Sequence record: NZ_CP069608.1
DNA: 64,000 bases
Reading direction: 5' to 3' (one strand)
Source: a plasmid
Below are positions 35,518 through 45,969 of this stretch, piece after piece (position 1 is the stretch's first letter; each line of letters starts with the position of its first letter). The notes below the pieces were generated by a model, which saw only the letters and a program-made list of their open reading frames with translations, searched no databases and had not been told where the DNA came from. The position numbers were made by a program, and so were the translations under genes.

Positions 35518-36105
35518 TCATTGCATTTTGCTTTTTATAATTCGTAATTGTCTTTTTATTGTTTCGACAGATTTATATAATTTGTCAGCGATTTGTGATT
35601 TATTTAACCCTTGTTCTTTTAAGGTATAAACTTCACGTTCTGTTGGTGTTAATATCTTTACTTTTCTTTCTTTCCTTAATTCTCCAACCAATAAATTTGT
35701 AACATCAGCATGGAGACTAACTTTTCCTCTAAACGCTTCTCTAATAGCGTTAGGGATATCTCTATAAGATGTTTTCGTTATGTAATTAACAACCCCTGTA
35801 TCAAAGCATTCAAGTATAATATCCTTTTCATCCCAAGAGGTTAGCATAATAGTTTTCTTTAGACCTTTTTTATATAAATGTCTAGCGACTTCAAGACCAC
35901 TTAGGTTTTCTTCGTCACCCTCATCTTTTAATAACGTTAAATCCAATAAAACTACATCAATATTATTATAATCAACTTGTAAGGCTTCTTCTTTGTTGTA
36001 AGCTTGTTTAACAACAATGATATCGTTCTCTTTTTCTATATAATCACTTATACATTGCATCCAAACAGGATCATCTTCTACAATCATTAATTTTATTTTG
36101 TCCAT
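35518..36105 (-). CDS. Response regulator, NarL/FixJ (LuxR-type HTH) family.
   Basis: Receiver MIVEDDP...DVVLLDL, and a C-terminal LuxR HTH LTPTEREVYTLKEQGLNKSQIADKLYKSVETIKRQL. Confidence 0.8.
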   Translation of the reverse strand: MDKIKLMIVEDDPVWMQCISDYIEKENDIIVVKQAYNKEEALQVDYNNIDVVLLDLTLLKDEGDEENLSGLEVARHLYKKGLKKTIMLTSWDEKDIILECFDTGVVNYITKTSYRDIPNAIREAFRGKVSLHADVTNLLVGELRKERKVKILTPTEREVYTLKEQGLNKSQIADKLYKSVETIKRQLRIIKSKMQ

Positions 36106-37487
36106 TGGCTATTCTCTCCTATTAGTTTAGAGTTAGATTGTTCATTTACCCTAAATTCAATAATTCTCTTGGAAGGCAAAGTTAATGTAAAAGTTGTTCC
36201 TTTTTTAACTTTACTTTTTACCAAAATATCGCCACCATGTTTTTTGAGGACATTGTAACAATAGGTTAAGCCAAGTCCAAAATTTGTTTGATTATGTTTA
36301 GTTGAATAAAATGGATCTAACACGTGAGTAAGTTCATCTTTTTCGATCCCTTTACCCTCATCAATAAAGTCAATATGAATCTTCTTTCGAGTTTTGTAGA
36401 CTTTTATTAAAATTACACCTTGACCATTCATTGCCTCACTGGCATTTTTGATTATATTTAAATAAGTTTCTTGTAATTGTTCGGTATCACCAAAGACTAT
36501 AGCATCAACTTCATATTGTTTAATGATTTTGATACCGGGATTCATATTTAAATAAGGTTTAAGCAAGATAATTGCTGAATCTATACTTTCTCTGAGGGAA
36601 AATTCAGATTCTTTAAGGTTTATAACATCTAACTTACTTTGAATACGCCTTGAAAGTTCTAAAACGTGATTTGTTGAATTTAAAACTAACCCTAGATTTT
36701 CAGCAGACCTTTCTTCAGGTGGAATTTGTTCTTTGATCTGATTCACTAATAAATCAATTTTAGCTATTTCATTTTTTATTGTATGGTTGAACAACGCTGT
36801 ACCAGAACGCGCTGCTTTCATTGTGGAATCACGCATTTCTTTTTCAAACCTAATCCGCACTCCAAGAATTCCATATTTAACTCCAAAGTAAACAAATACA
36901 AGAAATTGGATTACAATAACCCAAGGATTATAATGCCATACGCCCACAATCCCCAACGCTTCTAAGATAATATTTGTAGTCAGTGCAAATGTAAACATTG
37001 GAACTACAAATACACAAGTCAATATTTTTCTTCTTTTAATAATTGGACGATCTTCCCGCCATGCGGAGTATATCAATAAAATATTAGCTGCTATCACATA
37101 TGGTACTACCCAAATCGCTAAAATACGAAAATCAACTCTAAACTCTGGGTATACTTGAAACATAGGATACATAATGAAGACCGGAATTAGTAAAAGCAGC
37201 TTTACTAAATTTCTCTTTCGTTCATTACCAATGGCATCTGAATAAACTATTCCAAAAATCAACATACCATATGGAGTGAAATAGTGTCCTATTGACGTAA
37301 ATATCCCATCCAAGTGTAATACCCACTCTGGCCGTTGTATGCCTTTTCCTAGTAAAGCTCCTATCCCTCCAAAGCCACCACAAAACCCTATAACACTTGC
37401 CCATCTAATTTTCTCATTTTGAGGATTTCTAAAAAAGAGAATTGAACTCATTAACCACAGTAAAGCCACCATTATAAACATAAACAT
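36093..37487 (-). CDS. Sensor histidine kinase with about 6 N-terminal TM helices and an unusual H-box (FNHTIKNEIAKI).
   Basis: HATPase_c motifs (NIIKNASEAM, DEGKGIEKDE, GLGLTYC). Start overlaps the regulator gene. Confidence 0.7.
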   Translation of the reverse strand: MFMFIMVALLWLMSSILFFRNPQNEKIRWASVIGFCGGFGGIGALLGKGIQRPEWVLHLDGIFTSIGHYFTPYGMLIFGIVYSDAIGNERKRNLVKLLLLIPVFIMYPMFQVYPEFRVDFRILAIWVVPYVIAANILLIYSAWREDRPIIKRRKILTCVFVVPMFTFALTTNIILEALGIVGVWHYNPWVIVIQFLVFVYFGVKYGILGVRIRFEKEMRDSTMKAARSGTALFNHTIKNEIAKIDLLVNQIKEQIPPEERSAENLGLVLNSTNHVLELSRRIQSKLDVINLKESEFSLRESIDSAIILLKPYLNMNPGIKIIKQYEVDAIVFGDTEQLQETYLNIIKNASEAMNGQGVILIKVYKTRKKIHIDFIDEGKGIEKDELTHVLDPFYSTKHNQTNFGLGLTYCYNVLKKHGGDILVKSKVKKGTTFTLTLPSKRIIEFRVNEQSNSKLIGENSQWTK

Positions 37488-37494
37488 ATGTCCA

Positions 37495-38475
37495 TTACCT
37501 CTTTAGCTTATTTTGTAGAAACGAAATGGTATCCTTTGCAATTTTTTTTCGTTTAAGAACTATTCCTGCATGTCCACAATTGTAGACATACCGTGTAGGT
37601 TTCCCCCAAGATTCCCATAACAGATCTGCATCTTGAATGTGAACGTACTGATCGTGTTTAGCAGAAATCAGTAGTATATTATCTTTATTCATTTTTGGAA
37701 TGGCTTGATTTGGCTCGGTTAATTCCCAATATTTCACTAAATCGTTGTAATTCACACCATGAGACTCTAAGTCTTGTCTTATATACTTACCAGGAATCGT
37801 ATTCCATATCGAATAACTAAGGCGATTAGAATAGAATATAGAAACTAATGCATCGATCTCTGACTCAAGTGTAGCAACTAAATTTGAGATAAAGCCACCA
37901 AGACTAACACCTATTATAATTACGGAACCTTGTTTGTTATTTTTTATCCATTGGATCAAAGCCCTTAGATCAACAATTGCCTGTCTAGTAGATTCAACAG
38001 TCCTATTGATATTGGCACTAACCATAAACTCCCCACTATAAAGTGATGCCTCTGGCTGACGTTCCAAGTGGTAAGGAAGAGTATAGTAGTACATATTCCA
38101 TCCTAAACTATTCATAATCGAATTATGAAAAATCTTCTTTACCCTATCGAATCCTTTCATTCGCCAACCATGTACAAAAATAACATTAGGCTTACTTTCA
38201 GCTTCATTTAAGTAAGCCTCTCCTCTTACATAGTCATTGGGATCATCCCCTGAAGGTATCAAACTTTCAAATCCAAATTCACCCATGCTATATCCTTTGT
38301 CTGTAGAAGTTATGTTCAAGCCAATATCTGAAAGTGATACTGGTACTTCAAAAAAAGTTTCTCTATCTATGTTTATTGGTATATGAGCAGAATCAATATA
38401 GTATTGATACTCCTCACTTCGGTCTTTATGCAAATCATTTAAAGCGTAATGATCTATAAGTTTCGAAAATAACAA
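37495..38475 (-). CDS. Alpha/beta-hydrolase fold protein.
   Basis: Nucleophile elbow GVSLGG, with VIFVHGW upstream and a CGHAGI C-terminal His region. Confidence 0.6.
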   Translation of the reverse strand: MLFSKLIDHYALNDLHKDRSEEYQYYIDSAHIPINIDRETFFEVPVSLSDIGLNITSTDKGYSMGEFGFESLIPSGDDPNDYVRGEAYLNEAESKPNVIFVHGWRMKGFDRVKKIFHNSIMNSLGWNMYYYTLPYHLERQPEASLYSGEFMVSANINRTVESTRQAIVDLRALIQWIKNNKQGSVIIIGVSLGGFISNLVATLESEIDALVSIFYSNRLSYSIWNTIPGKYIRQDLESHGVNYNDLVKYWELTEPNQAIPKMNKDNILLISAKHDQYVHIQDADLLWESWGKPTRYVYNCGHAGIVLKRKKIAKDTISFLQNKLKR

Positions 38476-38715
38476 ATTAATTTCTCCCTACGACCTAAAA
38501 ATTAGATATATTTTAGTTTTTTTGTTAAATTTTTGTACTCTTTTTCATGATATCAAACTTGTGTTCTGATTTACATGCACCCACATTCCTTTTATATCCA
38601 ATAATTAAGACCTAAATTATTGGATATTATTTGAATTATAGGTAATAAATTAAATATATATCATATATTTACCATTTAAAGAGATTCAAAATTCCTATAA
38701 CAGCCCTATATTCCC

Positions 38716-39012
38716 CTAAAAAATCCACATAAATATTCCAATTATTAATAACAAGCCAATAATAGGAGCTACTATACCTATTACCCCCAATAAAATATAA
38801 CCGAACAAATACAAGCCACATAAAATACAAAAAACTACTGCAACAATAATTAAAGCTGCTCCTATAAGCTGTAATAATAACCCTTTAAGCATAAATAAAA
38901 CCGTAAGAATTAAACCTAATATAAGAAAAGATATAAAGATTGGAATTGCATTATGCTTCAACAGCTTCATATAAACCCCTCCCCACTCCATTTCTGTAAT
39001 TATCCTTTTCAT
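38716..39012 (-). CDS. Extremely hydrophobic 98-aa membrane protein (3 TM helices).
   Basis: More than 70% hydrophobic residues, including IGIVAPIIGLLLIIGIFMWIF. Confidence 0.4.
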   Translation of the reverse strand: MKRIITEMEWGGVYMKLLKHNAIPIFISFLILGLILTVLFMLKGLLLQLIGAALIIVAVVFCILCGLYLFGYILLGVIGIVAPIIGLLLIIGIFMWIF

Positions 39013-39239
39013 AAATTAAAATTAGCTGGTTCATCTTAAATTTAACTTTCTACCCTCAATTTTCCAATAGGGCCATTTTCACACACCAATAATAATAGAA
39101 AATGCAGCTCAAATTTATACTAAATGCTACATATATTATATTCTTTATACTTTACAGAGAGTGATTACCCTCATTTTCAGAGAATAGTGCTTCCTCTCTA
39201 TATTGTTTTGTGATTGACAAAACACAATATGCCTATATC

Positions 39240-39410
39240 TTTTTAAAAAAAGAGCCCTAGCTCACCTTAAGTTCACCTTTAGTTTAACTTAAGGTGAACT
39301 CACCCTAAAAACTCACGCAAACATATCACTCACCCACCATGGAGTTCAACTCGAAAGCGAATGAGTTTAACTAAAGCTCACTCACTCACGAAAGAAGGAT
39401 AATGCTTGTT
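39240..39410. repeat. Iteron/operator-like cluster of short repeats (TCACC, TTAAG/GTGAAC) upstream of the MerR-like gene.
   Basis: GCTCACCTTAAGTTCACCTTTAGTTTAACTTAAGGTGAACTCACCC...ATCACTCACCCACC...GCTCACTCACTCAC. Confidence 0.45.
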
Positions 39411-39461
39411 TTTGTTGAATCTGTTAGAATAAGTGAGTGGTAAGCAAAAGGAGGTGATTGT

Positions 39462-40007
39462 GTGAGTGAATGGTTTACCGTACCTCAAATAAGCGAAAAA
39501 ACAGGTATTCCGCAACAAACATTACGAAGATACATAGCTTCTCATGCACATTTATTACGCATTAAAAAGGAACATAAAGCTTATCAACTTCATAAAGATT
39601 GTTTAGATGTACTAGCGAGAATACGTGAGTTATATGGGAATGGTAAAAATGCGGAAGAGGTAGACAAAATCCTTACATCACAAGGGGTTCCAGTAACTGT
39701 AGAGGTTGTGAGTGAGACTGGTGAGCAAGAGAGTGCAGAGCTGAGCGAAGTTGTGATGGACATAAAAAAAGCCTTAGATGAGCAAAAAGAGTTTAACAAG
39801 CAACTTTTAGAAAAATTTAAAGAACAAGAAGAACTATTAGTTTCTCAACAAAAGTACATTGATGAAAAGTTGAAGCAACGTGACGAGCAACTGATGTTAT
39901 CAATAAGGGAAGTGCAAGAAACAAAATTATTAGCATCTATTAGTAAAGAAGGTGTCAATACTGAAGAAAAAAAGGAGTCTTGGTTTACAAAGCTGTTTAA
40001 GAAGTAA
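39462..40007 (+). CDS. MerR/excisionase-type HTH protein with a coiled-coil tail.
   Basis: FTVPQISEKTGIPQQTLRRYI HTH, then a Glu/Lys/Gln-rich heptad region. Confidence 0.5.
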   Translation: MSEWFTVPQISEKTGIPQQTLRRYIASHAHLLRIKKEHKAYQLHKDCLDVLARIRELYGNGKNAEEVDKILTSQGVPVTVEVVSETGEQESAELSEVVMDIKKALDEQKEFNKQLLEKFKEQEELLVSQQKYIDEKLKQRDEQLMLSIREVQETKLLASISKEGVNTEEKKESWFTKLFKK

Positions 40008-40449
40008 AGTTGCACATTATACCACATAAAACGGAAATAGGGGAGGGGTAAAAAAATACCCCTCCCCAAATCTATTAAATTCATATATGATGAAGTTGAT
40101 TCCTCCAATAAACAGTGAAGGATCGATTGTAGCTAAATATACTTGTTTTGATATATTTTGCTATTTTTTATTGAATTTTGAGATGAGTTAACGCTATAAT
40201 AAAACTAACAAAAAGGTTCGGAATAGAAAAAAGACTTCAACTGTTTAAGAAGTGTTGGTCGCACTCTTAAACCGTTCCCCCTAAATCCGGTAGGGAAAAC
40301 ACTTGTCGAAGTCTCTTGTTAATAGATTCATTTTTTTATAAAATAAAACTTATGTTTTTATTTTATACGAAATTGACATCTATTTCAAGGGCTTAGTTCA
40401 TCAAAATCAAGGCATTGTTTTCCTTTCTCAAGGGAAACAGTGTCTTTTT

Positions 40450-41778
40450 TTGTTCCTAAAAGGAGACGATGAACAAATGACAAAGATATTAACCTGCTAT
40501 TTAAAAGATGTAGATACCTTCAATGGACGGTTCAAATGGTTATGGACCAACAAGTCCACGCTTCGTAAAAAGAAAGGAGAGTTTTTAGACATTCTTCGTA
40601 CCCACTTTAAACAACAACAATCTGCTATACATAAAGAATTTCCTAAAAAGAGAATGGAAATGCTCGATCACGTCATCTATAACCTAGTGGCTACAGGCAT
40701 TCAAGCAATCCGTTCTGAAACGCTTATGAAGAAATTTAACGTGTCCAAAAGTACGGTTTCTCGTTTTGTACGCTCACTAAAGGCAACGCCCTTTGTACTT
40801 GTGGCGCGATACATTAAAGAGGATGCAACAGGTACTCATCCTGACAGTTATGTATTTATCCTTAAAAGCCATAAGAACTTTCAGCATATTTGCGACGAGA
40901 TCTTTTTTGCCCATGATACAACAGGGATACAAACACTTCAACAAGAAGAAATGACCACTCCTGTGACACGTCCTGTGACGTCTCCAGAAAGTGCTGAAAA
41001 CGTTGATACACCAAGCTTAGAGGACGATAAATCACCTGATGCCTTTATTAACCTTGATTTACCTGTAAATCATATAAATAATCATTTAATATCTGTTTCA
41101 CAGTCCTTCAGTTATATCAAAGGTGTGCCTAAGAAAGTCAATCAAGTCTATGCAGGTAAATATGGTCATCAACTAAAAGACTTCTATGCTCGCATTCAAA
41201 ATGCTGCAAAAGCAGTAAAAAGAGATACAGAGATTACGATTGAGAAAGAGCAAGTACATGACATTGCGTATACATCCATTGTGGGATTAGATAAATATGT
41301 CCATGAAGCTAATCAACAAGGCAATCCTTTATCCCTACGGGATATGTGTCGATTAATCTATCAAATTGCGAAAAATCAATTCTATGAATGGGTAAACCCT
41401 AAAGGACAGGATCATTCATCAGTATACGCAAACCAACAAGAAGTTATACATAACGAAAGTCAATCAATAACATTGGCTAAACCGAAACATATTATCCGTA
41501 AAGAATTGGTTCCTGATTGGTTAAAAGCTGAACAGCAGCAAGAAGAAGTTCCAAAAGAAACAGAGATTTCTTTGGATCAACAGCTTGAAATGATTCAGTT
41601 AAAGCAAGATTTAGGACAAGAGCTAACACCAGAAGAAGAGAATTTGCTGGAGGAGCACAGCTCCACGTATAGCTTGTTGGAGATAGCTCAGGTGAAACAG
41701 GACTTAGGACAAGCTTTAACACTAGAGGAACAAGAATGTTTACGTCAGCATAACCAGCTAGAAGACACAGCTTCCTAA
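40450..41778 (+). CDS. Putative plasmid replication initiator (HTH-containing) with C-terminal 22-aa repeats.
   Basis: FNVSKSTVSRFVRSL HTH-like segment. C-terminal repeats IQLKQDLGQELTPEEENLLEEH and IAQVKQDLGQALTLEEQECLRQH. The call rests on context only. Confidence 0.3.
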   Translation: MFLKGDDEQMTKILTCYLKDVDTFNGRFKWLWTNKSTLRKKKGEFLDILRTHFKQQQSAIHKEFPKKRMEMLDHVIYNLVATGIQAIRSETLMKKFNVSKSTVSRFVRSLKATPFVLVARYIKEDATGTHPDSYVFILKSHKNFQHICDEIFFAHDTTGIQTLQQEEMTTPVTRPVTSPESAENVDTPSLEDDKSPDAFINLDLPVNHINNHLISVSQSFSYIKGVPKKVNQVYAGKYGHQLKDFYARIQNAAKAVKRDTEITIEKEQVHDIAYTSIVGLDKYVHEANQQGNPLSLRDMCRLIYQIAKNQFYEWVNPKGQDHSSVYANQQEVIHNESQSITLAKPKHIIRKELVPDWLKAEQQQEEVPKETEISLDQQLEMIQLKQDLGQELTPEEENLLEEHSSTYSLLEIAQVKQDLGQALTLEEQECLRQHNQLEDTAS

Positions 41779-41887
41779 TCAAAAAAAGTAGAAATTCCTT
41801 AGAAGCTGATGTTTTAATAGAATATGTTTATTTAGAACCGTGTTCTAAATAAACAATAACCAATAATCTACGCAGGAGGAGACTATT

Positions 41888-42682
41888 ATGCCACATAAAA
41901 TTACCTTAACCGGATCAGCCACAGGACCACTACGAGAATATGATCGCTACGTTGCCTTTGATATGCGTGAAAAAGGGTCACCATCTGCACCGAAAGGATT
42001 AAAGAAGAGTACCTTTATTTCGTATACCGTATTTGTTGCTAAGAAAGCCTTTAATAAAACAGGCCTCACGAAGAAAAGTATCATGCATGAAAAAATCTTA
42101 ATTCAAGGAGAACCAACGTTAGATATTCCGATTGATGAATGCCCTGGCGAAGTAGGGGTGATCTGTTTCCAGATTACCGTTCTACCGAATAAAAACGACA
42201 AAGAGAATGAGTCGGATGCAAAAAAAGAAAGTAAACAAGAAGCTTCTGCGCCGTCTCAATCCCAAAAGAATACGGAACCTACTAAACAGGAAGAAGACCA
42301 AGCACCTGTTTCTCAACCTGTAGCAAAAGAGGAGAAAAAAGAAGCAGAAACGGTACAGACAGAAGCAAAAGAAACAAAAGAAACACCTGTACAAGAGAAA
42401 AAGGCTGAGCCAAAACCGAAAACACTACCGAATCAACCAAAAGGGACACAGGATCTTTTGAGCTTTGATGATATTATCGTACCTGAAGCATTCTTAAACA
42501 CACGTCCGAACCCTGAGAAAACACAAAAGGTCATTGATTATGTGAAGCGTACAGGACGCTTAGATGAGCCATTAACGATTGAAAAAGGCTCCAAGGTTTT
42601 AAAAGATGGCTATCGTCGTTATGTCGTGGCTAAAACTGTGAAAATGGAGAAAGTTCCTGTGGTCTATGAATATCAAAAGTAA
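41888..42682 (+). CDS. ParB/sulfiredoxin-fold (ParB-like nuclease domain) protein with a low-complexity KE-rich linker.
   Basis: C-terminal LTIEKGSKVLKDGYRRYVVAKTVKMEKVPVV resembles the ParB N-domain core. Confidence 0.4.
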   Translation: MPHKITLTGSATGPLREYDRYVAFDMREKGSPSAPKGLKKSTFISYTVFVAKKAFNKTGLTKKSIMHEKILIQGEPTLDIPIDECPGEVGVICFQITVLPNKNDKENESDAKKESKQEASAPSQSQKNTEPTKQEEDQAPVSQPVAKEEKKEAETVQTEAKETKETPVQEKKAEPKPKTLPNQPKGTQDLLSFDDIIVPEAFLNTRPNPEKTQKVIDYVKRTGRLDEPLTIEKGSKVLKDGYRRYVVAKTVKMEKVPVVYEYQK

Positions 42683-42983
42683 ATAAAGTGGGAGTAGAAT
42701 GGTATAGAGAGAGAACATCTTGACTCAAGTTGAAAAAGAGAACCCTAATATCGAGCGTGAGGACCTATGTTATCCCATGACTATGAGAATATTAAGCTGT
42801 TCATTATTAACGGTAAAACATGAATTGAAATCAATAGCTGAACGTACTATCCTACCTTCAGCCAACACTGTTCCTTGGTACATTAACGGCAAAATGACAA
42901 AACACCAAAGATGGTCCTCTTATTATTTGAAGGTTTTTACGTATATACCTAGAATAGTTCTCTTGATAAGAGGAGGTGATCAT

Positions 42984-43457
42984 ATGTTGAGAGTCATAAC
43001 CGCAGAAGCAGCATATACCACCGAAGAATTAGCCGATATACTTGGTTTGCCTATATCAACTATACGAAAATACAACTTCCATTTTACCAAAATAGGAGTG
43101 CAGTTTACTAAAAAACAAGGTAGATTAGCTTATACGAATGACGACGTTACCATCTTTCATGAACTTAAAAAAATGTATGCCCATCCCGAAATGACCTTAG
43201 AAAAAGCCGTTATAACCGTTGCAAAAAAATTCAACTTAGTACCAGACACTCCACCTAACATTTCAACTGAAAAACAAACCCTTAGCTTAGAACCATTCGA
43301 CGTACAAATGAAAAAAATACAAAGCTATATCGATGCAAAATTTGAAGAACGCGAACGTCAATTAATTTCAATGGCTCGCGAAATTCGGGCGTTAAAAAAA
43401 GCACAACAACAAAAGAAGAGTTTTTATAAGTGGTTAAAAACCTTTTTTGAAAAATGA
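42984..43457 (+). CDS. MerR/excisionase-type HTH protein with a coiled-coil tail, paralogue of ORF 39462-40007.
   Basis: AGAGGAGGTGAT ribosome-binding site. YTTEELADILGLPISTIRKY HTH, then a coiled coil. Confidence 0.5.
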   Translation: MLRVITAEAAYTTEELADILGLPISTIRKYNFHFTKIGVQFTKKQGRLAYTNDDVTIFHELKKMYAHPEMTLEKAVITVAKKFNLVPDTPPNISTEKQTLSLEPFDVQMKKIQSYIDAKFEERERQLISMAREIRALKKAQQQKKSFYKWLKTFFEK

Positions 43458-43663
43458 TTTGCTAGAATGGTGTTATCTAATATTCTCTAAAAAACAAGCC
43501 CTTTTTCCTTTACCTAAAGGAAAAAGGGTTTGTTTATGTGAAGTTCAATTTTGAGGAATATCTATAACAAAGACCGCCCATTATGTATCAGTCTATAAGG
43601 CGGTCTTACCTGTATTCATGCTATATGTTTATGACAAAAATATCGACAATATTTTAAAAGAGA

Positions 43664-44038
43664 TTAAGAGAAGAACGCAATGGCTAAAATAGCAGCCACA
43701 CAACCTAGATAAATGTTTCCACTCCAATCTCTTTTATCTTTTTCATCAACAGAGTAGCTATTATACGAGCCAGCAATTGGCTCTATTTTTAATTTACGTT
43801 TTGTCTCTTGTTCACTATCGAAGATCAAGTCTGATTCCTCCATTATTTGAGAATTGTACGATAGGAAGCGTCCCTGTTCGTCTCTCAGACGTTGGCTCAC
43901 ATCGTGAAGGTGACTCTTTTTCACTGTAGGAGGAACGTGAGGGTTGAATACTTGCTTCTGGTATTCGTCTGCTACCAGTTGGTGTTCTAAGTACTTTAGA
44001 AGCGCTTGAAGACGTTCCTTTTCCTTCCATGACATCAT
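43664..44038 (-). CDS. Hypothetical C-terminally membrane-anchored protein.
   Basis: 124 aa ending in the TM LGCVAAILAIAFFS. Confidence 0.35.
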   Translation of the reverse strand: MMSWKEKERLQALLKYLEHQLVADEYQKQVFNPHVPPTVKKSHLHDVSQRLRDEQGRFLSYNSQIMEESDLIFDSEQETKRKLKIEPIAGSYNSYSVDEKDKRDWSGNIYLGCVAAILAIAFFS

Positions 44039-44622
44039 ATATAATGCTCCCTTCTTCTTTTACATTCGCGTCTTGCTCCAGCCATAAATAATGGGCAGAA
44101 GCGTCCCATGGTGGAGAGGGGGGAGTGACATCACTTCGTTTATAGTGACTCATAATTTCTAGAAATAACGGATTGTTGGCAGCTGTAAACAATGCACATC
44201 TGACAATTTGATTTCGACTTAGGGATGTTTGCTGAAACCATTCATCAATATATGTACGATAGACGTCGCTACACCTTAAAGTGAGTCGATACACAGAATC
44301 CTCTCCTTATTAATATATTTATCTCTTAGATCCTTTTTATTTTGCTGTATACGCTGTTTTTTTATTTAAAATGGTTTCTAATACCTTCTTACCTTCTGAT
44401 GTCAGGAAGACACCATTTTGTGAGTTTAATAATTGAATGGCTAATTCTTTATTCATGTCGTTCACTCCTATCCTCATGTTATGACACTAGTGTGATGCCT
44501 TCGTGACATCTTACTTGAATGATATGAAGGAGAGCTTGTACACTATTCCTCATCTTTCAGGAAGAATGGGTTTATTTTTCAGGATTATTGGACACTACTG
44601 GAAAATGAAGGAGAGTGAAAGT

Positions 44623-44847
44623 ATGTTTGGACTTGGAAAAAGACGCACAAAGTTAGGTAAATGGCTGGATAGACGGGGAATATCTCAAGCATGGTTAAAG
44701 GATAAAACTGGATTAAATAAAAACACTATTGGAGATTTAACGAGTGATATGGATCGATCACCAACTCAAAAGACTATGAAGAAAATACTTAAAGCACTAA
44801 GGGAGATTGATCCTAATCTTAAAAGTGATGATTTTTGGGATATTTAA
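44623..44847 (+). CDS. Small XRE-like HTH protein.
   Basis: GAAGGAGAGTGA ribosome-binding site. LGKWLDRRGISQAWLKDKTGLNKNTIGDL. Confidence 0.45.
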   Translation: MFGLGKRRTKLGKWLDRRGISQAWLKDKTGLNKNTIGDLTSDMDRSPTQKTMKKILKALREIDPNLKSDDFWDI

Positions 44848-44883
44848 AAAACTCCTATTTATACAGGAGTCTTTTCTTACTCG

Positions 44884-45969
44884 TTATTCTAATGCAACAC
44901 TCGTCATCAACCCTAAATAAGTACTTATAATAAAACTGATTACTAAGAAGACAGCTAAAACAGGTGTTTTTTTCTTATAAAAACTAAGGACAATCATAAT
45001 AAGAAACAGAACTCCAAAAATAAAGGAAACTATTCCCTGAGATGAGCCTATTATCTCTAAATTTACTGGTATTTTAATAGAACTACCAAGTAAATTAGTA
45101 ACCCAATTTACGGCTCCTTCAGATTTGACGGTCTGATCAATATCATGTGGTGGAGATAATGTGCCTAAAACTCCTGTGAAAAAGAAGATTATTACTAAAC
45201 ATATACTTTCAGCTTTCACCCAAAGACGAGGATCAAATGTAGGCGTTTTCCTCATTCTCCTTACTAAAATCCCATTAATAAACGCAAAGACGAGAAGAGG
45301 GATAATACTTATATGTTTAAATAGTAACATCTGTCCATAGGGCAAAACCCAGGCATTTACGTAATCTTTGAAATCTATAACAAATAACATTACAATGACA
45401 CCACTTATTAAAATAACGATCATACAACTAACTGCAAATGGCGTAAACCAACGTAAGAATCTATCCCAATTTGTAGAATCTTTACTGAACCATGAAACTT
45501 GTATTAAAATACCTGCCCATAAAGTGACAGCTAAGAAATGCACTGTATGAGAAGTAAATCCTGTCCAAAAAGATAAGGAGGCTACATGACTAGCATATCC
45601 TATGCTTAATACCATTAAAAATAATAAAACAGCTTGAATATATTTGGAGCTTTCTAGATAGATAGCTAACCATAAAAGGATGGAACACCAAACGATAGCA
45701 ATCCATGCTTTACCTATTTCAAAAGTAAATAAAACAGAAAATAAAGTTTGAGCCACCCCAACACTTCCGCCAAAATAGGCAACTACTTGCAAAAGAGGAC
45801 CAAAAGTGAAGAGAATAATTCCTAAAACACAGCTTAATAAAAACCTTCTGGATATATATATACTAGGTTTCTTTTCAGGTGAAACAAATTGAAGAGCAAC
45901 ATGCCCTATTAAGATAGAAAAAAGTATATACGTTATCAGTTCAGTAAGAGGTACTAGTACGTTCAACAT
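44884..45969 (-). CDS. copD: CopD-family polytopic membrane protein (copper resistance/import).
   Basis: Ten or more TM helices with CopD-like conserved His-containing helices. Confidence 0.55.
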   Translation of the reverse strand: MLNVLVPLTELITYILFSILIGHVALQFVSPEKKPSIYISRRFLLSCVLGIILFTFGPLLQVVAYFGGSVGVAQTLFSVLFTFEIGKAWIAIVWCSILLWLAIYLESSKYIQAVLLFLMVLSIGYASHVASLSFWTGFTSHTVHFLAVTLWAGILIQVSWFSKDSTNWDRFLRWFTPFAVSCMIVILISGVIVMLFVIDFKDYVNAWVLPYGQMLLFKHISIIPLLVFAFINGILVRRMRKTPTFDPRLWVKAESICLVIIFFFTGVLGTLSPPHDIDQTVKSEGAVNWVTNLLGSSIKIPVNLEIIGSSQGIVSFIFGVLFLIMIVLSFYKKKTPVLAVFLVISFIISTYLGLMTSVALE

